A DNA stretch of 64,000 nucleotides from Akkermansiaceae bacterium (GTDB lineage Bacteria > Verrucomicrobiota > Verrucomicrobiia > Verrucomicrobiales > Akkermansiaceae), in NCBI GenBank assembly GCA_051251915.1, contig JBPOGF010000003.1, positions 160,001 through 224,000 on the forward strand. Reading direction: 5' to 3'. Positions 57,727 through 64,000 of this stretch are shown piece after piece. The position numbers and the translations under genes were made by a program. A model generated the notes under the pieces. That model saw only the letters and a list, made by a program, of their open reading frames with translations. It was not told the origin of the DNA and ran no database searches. Every line of letters starts with the position of its first letter. The first letter of the stretch is position 1.

Positions 57727-59913
57727 TTAGAGTGCTTTACGTTCGGCATTTTTCATATCGCGGTCAAGGCGCTTTTCCATGTTGGTGGCGCGGGTTTCTT
57801 CGCCGACTTGGCGGTACATTTTGGCGATTTGGCGGTGGATGCCGACTTCGGTGGTTTTGCGGAACCAGTTATCGCTGCCGGTGTCGACAACGCGGTTGAA
57901 GGCGAGTTCGATGGTGCGGACTGCGGGCTTGGCTCGGTCTTCATCGTCTTTCATGAGGCTGAAGTAGTATTGGATCATTTCTTTGAATCCGCTGATGGAG
58001 CCGCCATATTCGCGGAGTGCGCTGGAGTAGAGTTGGTGGATTTCTTCTAGTGCTTTGTCTTTATCGTCTTTGCCTCTTTTGAGGATGAGCTGGGCTTCAC
58101 GTTTGAGGCTGGTGGTCATGAGGTCTGCTTGCTCGGCGGCGTTTCTGTTGTCACGGCGGCGGAGTCTGGCTAGGTCGCGTCTGACTTCAGCGAGGTCGCT
58201 GTAAGGGAAGATGTGTTTGTCTTCGATGATGGTGGCGATGGAGCCCATGCGTGGGTTTTCTCTAAATTCGAATTTGAGGTCTTTTACGAAATCTTTCCAG
58301 ACGGCGAGGGTGGCGGGGAGTGCTGGGGTGGCGGTGAGTTCTTCTTGGGATAGCATGACTTGGTAGGTGCGGTTCCAGGTGATGGGGAATTCTTTGCCTA
58401 TGTGGTGTGCGGCTTTGATGGCTTGGTGGCTTTCTGGTTTGTTTGAGTTAGAGGCTAAGAAGTCTGCGAGCCAGAGGTTGCGGTGGACTTTGATGGTGTT
58501 GGTGTGGGAAGCTATTTTGGGTTGGGTCCATAGCCAGACTTCTTGTTCGGTGATGTTTTCGCCGGTTTGTGGGTTTTTGCCTTTGCCTTTTGATACGCCG
58601 GCTATTCTGCCGATTTTGGTTGACCATTCATCTGGTTCGATTTTGACTGCGGCCCATGCGTGTCCGCCGTTGTTGGTGAGTCCTGATAGGCCGAATGCTG
58701 GGATGCCGGCGGCTCTGGCGGAGTTGACGCAGAAGAAGGTCTGGTCACCACAGATGCCACCTTCTTTGATGATTTCTTGGAGGGTGTATTCTGCGTATGG
58801 GTTGAGGCCGCTGACGGCGCGTTCCATGAGGTATTCTACGTCTGAGTATGCTTTGCCGAAGTGTTTTCTGCTGGCGCTGCGGTATTCGCTGAGAGCCCAT
58901 TCTAGTTCATTTTTTGAGACTGGTGCGGCGACGACGAAGGTGAGGTCTTTGGCGGAGGCTTTGTGGATGTCGCCTTCTAGGAGGCCGGCTTCGCTTTTCT
59001 TGCGGTACCAGTGGTAACGGAAGAAGCCGTCGATGTTAGAGGAGTCTGAGGTTTTGTTTTTGTAGGGTTGGTTTTTGTCGAAGACGACGGAGCAGGCGAG
59101 GGCGAGGTTGAAGTATTTTGGGATGAGGGTATCTAGGTCGTTGGCGTCTCCTTGGTTGAATATTTCGTCTTCATCTAGGTAGGTGAAGACTTCGTTTTGC
59201 CAGACTTTGCTGAGGAACTTGAAGGCGGATTTTTTGTTGTCGTTTTTGTGGATGGTGAGGATGACTTGTTCGAGTGCGTGGTCATGGGTGAGGAGCCAAG
59301 TCATCATGTCGGAGCTGCCGGCGAGTGATTTGGTGAGGCTGGTGACATCGTTAGGGAAGATGCCGAGCATTTTCCAGCGGAGGAGGGCTGTGTAGTATTT
59401 GGGTTCGTTCCAGAGGGGGGTGTATCTGTCTTGGTAGCGGCCTAGTTTGGATTGTGATTGTGAGAATGCTTGGGAGAGTGAGCGCTTGAGCATGGCGCGG
59501 TATTGTTTCCATTCTCCGTGGTAGGCGGCGTGTTCGATGAGCTCGGCGTCTTTTTTTAGTTCTGCGGTGGAGCTGGCTTGATTACCTACGAGGATGAGGG
59601 TGGCGGTGGTGAGTGGTGAGATTTCTTTTGGTGTGGGTTTGTTTTTTGGTTTGGCGGGATGGTTTTTTTGGGTTTGTTTGTTGGTTGGCTTATCTTTTGA
59701 TGCGATGTTGTTTGGGGTGGTTTCTTTGGTGGGGAGAATCTGAGGTTGTTTTTGGGTGGCTTGTGGTTGTTTTTTAGGGTCTGGGAGATTTTCTGAAACG
59801 GGTTCTTCCGCTACTGTATTTTGTGGGAATAGAGTGGGGTGGAGTTCATAGCCTGCCCATCCAATGGCGGTGAGGAATAGGAGTTTGAAAATGGCAGATG
59901 ATAGAGATTTCAT
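57727..59913 (-). CDS. Large membrane-anchored protein with transglutaminase-like core
   Basis: N-terminal TM plus P/K/Q linker; GGICGD......ARAAGIPA.......GHAW. Confidence 0.7.
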   Translation of the reverse strand: MKSLSSAIFKLLFLTAIGWAGYELHPTLFPQNTVAEEPVSENLPDPKKQPQATQKQPQILPTKETTPNNIASKDKPTNKQTQKNHPAKPKNKPTPKEISPLTTATLILVGNQASSTAELKKDAELIEHAAYHGEWKQYRAMLKRSLSQAFSQSQSKLGRYQDRYTPLWNEPKYYTALLRWKMLGIFPNDVTSLTKSLAGSSDMMTWLLTHDHALEQVILTIHKNDNKKSAFKFLSKVWQNEVFTYLDEDEIFNQGDANDLDTLIPKYFNLALACSVVFDKNQPYKNKTSDSSNIDGFFRYHWYRKKSEAGLLEGDIHKASAKDLTFVVAAPVSKNELEWALSEYRSASRKHFGKAYSDVEYLMERAVSGLNPYAEYTLQEIIKEGGICGDQTFFCVNSARAAGIPAFGLSGLTNNGGHAWAAVKIEPDEWSTKIGRIAGVSKGKGKNPQTGENITEQEVWLWTQPKIASHTNTIKVHRNLWLADFLASNSNKPESHQAIKAAHHIGKEFPITWNRTYQVMLSQEELTATPALPATLAVWKDFVKDLKFEFRENPRMGSIATIIEDKHIFPYSDLAEVRRDLARLRRRDNRNAAEQADLMTTSLKREAQLILKRGKDDKDKALEEIHQLYSSALREYGGSISGFKEMIQYYFSLMKDDEDRAKPAVRTIELAFNRVVDTGSDNWFRKTTEVGIHRQIAKMYRQVGEETRATNMEKRLDRDMKNAERKAL

Positions 59914-60076
59914 GGATTGAAAGTAATGTTGGCGAGGCTGTGATGCAAGTGAAATGAGGGAATACGAGTGATGTGTTGGATGGGATTATTTCATTGTGAG
60001 GCAGGAGTTGGGGTGGTAGGAATGTTGACGTGAGTGAAGGAAGTGAAAATTTAATAGATGATAGAAATACGAATAT

Positions 60077-60784
60077 ATGACACCACATATTAATGCTAAG
60101 GCTGGGGATTTTGCGGAGACTTGTTTGCTTCCGGGGGATCCATTGAGGGCGAAATTTATTGCGGAGACATTTTTGGATGATGTGAAGCAGGTGAATTCTG
60201 TTAGGAATATGTTTGGCTATACGGGGACGTATAATGGTAAGCGGGTGTCTGTGATGGGGACTGGGATGGGGATTCCTTCTAGTAGTATTTATGCGACTGA
60301 GTTGGTGACGAAGTATGGTGTGAAGAATTTGGTTCGTGTTGGGAGTTGTGGTGCGGTGAGTAAGGATGTGAAGGTGCGGGATATTGTGATGGGGATAGGT
60401 GCGTCTACGGATTCTGGGGTGAATAGGGCTAGGTTTAGAGGGATGGATTTTTCTGCGTCTGCGGATTATGGGCTTCTTAGGAGGGCTGTGGATGTTGCGG
60501 AGGAGAAGGGGTATGCTGTGCAGGTGGGGAATTTGTTTTCAGCGGATTTGTTTTATCATCCAGAGCCTGCGGTGTTTGATACGCTGGAGGCGATGAATAT
60601 TTTGGGGGTAGAGATGGAGGCGGCTGGGTTATATGGGATAGCTGCGGAAAATTATGAGTTGGGGGTGAAGGCGTTGGCTATCTGTACTGTTTCTGATCAT
60701 ATCCGAACGGGGGAAAGCTTACCTCCTGAGGAGCGGCAGTCTTCGTTTACGGAGATGATGGAGGTTGCGTTGGGGATTTTGTAG
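60077..60784 (+). CDS. deoD: Purine nucleoside phosphorylase DeoD-type
   Basis: [40 protein letters not shown]. Confidence 0.97.
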   Translation: MTPHINAKAGDFAETCLLPGDPLRAKFIAETFLDDVKQVNSVRNMFGYTGTYNGKRVSVMGTGMGIPSSSIYATELVTKYGVKNLVRVGSCGAVSKDVKVRDIVMGIGASTDSGVNRARFRGMDFSASADYGLLRRAVDVAEEKGYAVQVGNLFSADLFYHPEPAVFDTLEAMNILGVEMEAAGLYGIAAENYELGVKALAICTVSDHIRTGESLPPEERQSSFTEMMEVALGIL

Positions 60785-60856
60785 GTTCTTTTGGTGTGGT
60801 GGTGAGAAAGATAAACTTTTGTAAAATACTAATGGTTAGTTGGGGTGATATGGAGT

Positions 60857-61729
60857 ATGACTGTAACAGACAAGATGAATAAATTTTTAACTATTTTCCT
60901 ATTTTCGGTGGTGTTTAATGTGGCGGCGACTTCAGCGATGGCGCAGAGTGTGAGCCGAGCAAGCGTTGCCACTCCAATGCCTAAGTCTTCAGCTCCTAAA
61001 GTGCATGCGAAGCGAGTGATCGTGGTGGATAATGTGACGGGGGCTGTGTTGTATGAGAAAAATTCTCTGGAGAAGTGTGCGGTGGCATCGACTCAGAAGT
61101 TGATGACTGCGGTGTGTGTTGTGGATGCGGGGTCGCTGGAGAATGTGGTGAATGTGACGTCTACTGATACGAAGGTGGAGCCTACGAAGATTTATATTCG
61201 TTCTGGTGAAACATATAAGCGTAAGGATCTGCTGAAGGCGTTGCTGGTGAAGTCTGGGAATGATGCAGCGAGGGCGCTGGCGCGGGATGTGGCAGGGAGT
61301 CAGGTGAAATTTAGAGGGGTGATGAATGCTAGGGCAAAGAAGTTGGGGATGAGTAGTTCTTATTTTTACAATGCTCATGGTTTGACTGAGGGTGGGCAGT
61401 ATTCTACTGCTAGGGATATTGCTATTTTGATGAGGAAGGCGGTGAGGATTCCTACTTTGAGGTCATATATGTTGACTAGGGGGTATTATTTTCAGCCTCC
61501 TGGGCGGAATAAGCAATGGTTGACGAATACGAATAAACTGCTTCCTAAGTTGTCTTATTGTATGGGGGGGAAGACTGGATACACGAATGCTGCTGGGCGA
61601 TGCTTGGTGACTTATGGAGAGCGCAATGGGCGCTCTGTGATTGTTGTTTGTCTGGGGTCTACGTCAGCGAAGATCTGGGATGATGCGGGTAGTTTATTGA
61701 AGTGGAGTTTGGAGCAGCCAGGTCTTTAA
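60857..61729 (+). CDS. Serine D-alanyl-D-alanine carboxypeptidase (peptidase S11)
   Basis: ASTQKLMTA (SxxK), SGN, N.HGL, KTGYT..AG.C. Confidence 0.92.
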   Translation: MTVTDKMNKFLTIFLFSVVFNVAATSAMAQSVSRASVATPMPKSSAPKVHAKRVIVVDNVTGAVLYEKNSLEKCAVASTQKLMTAVCVVDAGSLENVVNVTSTDTKVEPTKIYIRSGETYKRKDLLKALLVKSGNDAARALARDVAGSQVKFRGVMNARAKKLGMSSSYFYNAHGLTEGGQYSTARDIAILMRKAVRIPTLRSYMLTRGYYFQPPGRNKQWLTNTNKLLPKLSYCMGGKTGYTNAAGRCLVTYGERNGRSVIVVCLGSTSAKIWDDAGSLLKWSLEQPGL

Positions 61730-62886
61730 TGGGGTCTCTAGAGGATGATTTATCAGAGCTTGATGAGAGTTCTCTGAGACGGAGGCTTAGGTGGGTAGGG
61801 AGTGGGCAGGGCAGGGAAATTCTGTTAGATGGGGAGCGCGTAGTGAACTTTGCCTCGAACGATTATTTGGGGCTTGCGAGTCATCCTGAGATTATTGCGG
61901 CGATGAAGGCAGGGGTGGATGAGTGGGGTGTGGGGAGTGGTGCTAGTAGGTTAATCACGGGTTCGATGACTGCGCATGGGGAGTTGGAAGAGTATATTGC
62001 GGAGTTGAAGGGGTGTGAGGCGGCGTTGAGTTTTAGTACGGGTTATGCGGCTTCTGTGGCGACTGTGAGTGGGCTGATGGGGAAGGGAGATACGATTATT
62101 TTAGATAAGTTAGCGCATGCTTCATTGATTGATGGGGCGCGGCTTAGTGGTGCGACTGTGAGGGTGTTTCCGCATAATGGATTGGGCAAACTTGAGCGGT
62201 TGTTAGAGGGGGCTGTTAGAGGGGCTGGTAGGGTGTTGGTGGTGACGGAGAGTGTTTTTAGTATGGATGGTGATGTGGCTTTGTTAGAAGAAATTATTTC
62301 TTTGAAGGATAAGTATGGGGCGATGTTACTGGTGGATGAGGCGCATGGGTTGGGGGTTTATGGCGAGCGTGGGTTGGGGTTGATAGAGCATTTGGGGGTT
62401 GGTGAGGGTGTGGATATTCATATGGGGACGCTGGGGAAATCTGCGGGAGTTGCGGGTGGATATATTGCGGGTTCTCGGGCGTTGATTGATTTGGTAGTGA
62501 ATAAGGGGAGGGCGTTTATTTATTCTACGGCTCCGCCTCCGGCGCAGGCTGTGGCAGCGAAGAGGGCATTAGAAATTCTTACTTCTGGTGAGGGTGGAGA
62601 GCTTAAGGAGAAGCTGTGGGGGAATATGAAAAAACTTACCTCTATGCTGGCGGATGTGCGGGAAATAGTGCCGACTAGTGCAATCATTCCTTGGCATGTG
62701 GGTGAGGCGGATGATGCGCTTGAACTATCTAACAGGTTGTTAGAGGAGGGTGTTTTTGTGCCGGCGATCCGTTATCCTACGGTGCCGCGTGGGACGGCTA
62801 GGTTGAGGATCACGTTGACGGCTAGCCATAGTGAAGCGGACTTAATAAGACTCGCTGAGGTATTAGCTGAGTCTGAGGGCCGCTAG
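61729..62886 (+). CDS. bioF: 8-amino-7-oxononanoate synthase
   Basis: NFASNDYLGL, GSGASRL, HASLIDG, ESVFSMDGD, DEAH, GTLGK; TAATG coupling with upstream gene. Confidence 0.92.
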   Translation: MGSLEDDLSELDESSLRRRLRWVGSGQGREILLDGERVVNFASNDYLGLASHPEIIAAMKAGVDEWGVGSGASRLITGSMTAHGELEEYIAELKGCEAALSFSTGYAASVATVSGLMGKGDTIILDKLAHASLIDGARLSGATVRVFPHNGLGKLERLLEGAVRGAGRVLVVTESVFSMDGDVALLEEIISLKDKYGAMLLVDEAHGLGVYGERGLGLIEHLGVGEGVDIHMGTLGKSAGVAGGYIAGSRALIDLVVNKGRAFIYSTAPPPAQAVAAKRALEILTSGEGGELKEKLWGNMKKLTSMLADVREIVPTSAIIPWHVGEADDALELSNRLLEEGVFVPAIRYPTVPRGTARLRITLTASHSEADLIRLAEVLAESEGR

Positions 62887-63484
62887 GGGTGTCGTTGCTT
62901 GGGGCGAGGTATTTGTTAGAGATGTAGTGTGTGCCGTTGGCGATGTATTCGGTGGCGTTGGAGATGCTTGTTGTGGCGGTCTTCCATTTGTCTGTGGCGG
63001 CATTGCTGAGTTGTTGGAAATTTTCTTCGATTGATTGTTCGATGTCAGCTTCAGTTAGATTGATCTCGATTTTGGGAATGGTGATGCTGAGTTGATCTTT
63101 AGAAGATACTTCAATGTTGTCAGCGATGTCGTCTTGTGGCTTGTCCTGATTGTCTCCAAGGAAGGTGAAGGTGGTGGCTATGGCGATGATAGCTGCTATG
63201 GATGCGACTTTGAAAAACTTACCTCTGATGAGGTTTGATTCTTGATGTTGTTTGAGTTGGGAGATGATGGGGAGGGTGAGGTTTTGTTGGTCGATGAGGT
63301 GACCAGATGCGATAGAGGTAAGGTTTGAGTCATTGCTCCAGGCTTGATGGAATTCGGCACATTCTTGGCAGGTTGCTATGTGCTGGGCGTCTGAGGGGGT
63401 GAGGTTCTCATTGGTATCGATAGCATCGGAGATGGAGAGCTGGATGAGTTCACATGTTTGATCTGTTTTTACGTTTGTTTTCAT
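62822..63484 (-). CDS. Putative zinc-finger anti-sigma factor
   Basis: C...HIATCQEC (HxxxCxxC), one TM segment; ATGA overlap with the sigma stop. Confidence 0.8.
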   Translation of the reverse strand: MKTNVKTDQTCELIQLSISDAIDTNENLTPSDAQHIATCQECAEFHQAWSNDSNLTSIASGHLIDQQNLTLPIISQLKQHQESNLIRGKFFKVASIAAIIAIATTFTFLGDNQDKPQDDIADNIEVSSKDQLSITIPKIEINLTEADIEQSIEENFQQLSNAATDKWKTATTSISNATEYIANGTHYISNKYLAPSNDTPSGPQTQLIPQRVLLSPLHYG

Positions 63485-64000
63485 AGTGTGAGGTTGTTGA
63501 TGAGTGTGGAATTTGAGAGTTTTTTTCTGGCACGGAAGAGGTGGATCTTGGCGTTAGAGTTGGTGATCTGCATGTGTTTGCAGATTTCACTGACTTGGAG
63601 GTCTTGTTGGTATTTGAGCCAGATGGCGGTGAATTGTTCTTCGGAGAGGATGCGCTTGGCTTCATTCCAGAACTGGTTGGTTTGTTCTGTGATGAAGATG
63701 CGGGATTGGGGGGTGTCTGAGTGGCCGGCGTCTGCGGTTTCTGCTATGGGTGTGGGGAGGCGTTTTACTTTTCGGAAGTGTTCGTTGGCTTTGTTTCTGG
63801 CAATGCCGAAGATCCAGGCGCTGAAGGGGAATTCTGGTTTGTATTGGTGGAGGTTTTTGTGGGCGGCGATGAAGACTTCTTGGGTGATGTCATCGCTGTC
63901 TGCGGAATTTGAGCAGCGCTTGTTGATGAATGCGCGGATTTTGTTTTGGTAGGTGTTGATAATGTACGAGAACGCTGAAGTATTCCCGTTTAGGATACTT
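63481..64000 (-). CDS. ECF sigma factor, 5'-truncated by the window edge
   Basis: Hand translation: SILNGNTSAFSYIINTYQNKIRAFI...DDITQEVFIAAHKNL..Y.PEFPFSAWIFGIARNKANEHFRK. Confidence 0.9.
   Translation of the reverse strand, partial: SILNGNTSAFSYIINTYQNKIRAFINKRCSNSADSDDITQEVFIAAHKNLHQYKPEFPFSAWIFGIARNKANEHFRKVKRLPTPIAETADAGHSDTPQSRIFITEQTNQFWNEAKRILSEEQFTAIWLKYQQDLQVSEICKHMQITNSNAKIHLFRARKKLSNSTLINNLTL

Overview
Bacterial chromosomal window, most likely from a marine/aquatic Verrucomicrobiota genome (inferred from PEP-CTERM/exosortase, sulfatases, DUF1080 and ECF/anti-sigma pairs; not checked by search). 1-21025 is an AT-rich, co-oriented surface-polysaccharide locus: galE end, glf, rfbFGH plus a reductase (CDP-3,6-dideoxyhexose), Wzx, Wzy, GT2/GT4/GT47-like glycosyltransferases, pyruvyl- and sulfotransferase-like genes, a priming transferase, an O-antigen-ligase/TPR protein, exosortase and EpsI. 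It is followed by prs-rplY-pth-rpsF-ssb. The rest is mostly core genes (carB, cysJ-like, trpF, queA, sdaA, tRNA-Ser, manA, ribD, deoD, bioF) with extreme G+T skew on the + strand, interspersed with accessory genes. The most striking unannotated signal is a small membrane-protein ORF after ssb (24486-24713). It has two in-frame UGA codons, each followed at identical spacing by a CCAGTTGG-capped SECIS-like hairpin, making it a candidate two-selenocysteine protein. Also notable: tandem PEP-CTERM genes separated by a duplicated sulfatase 3' end, a vanY-like/vanW pair, a split tRNA-Ser 3' copy, a nonsense-interrupted gene and a short-period intergenic repeat array.
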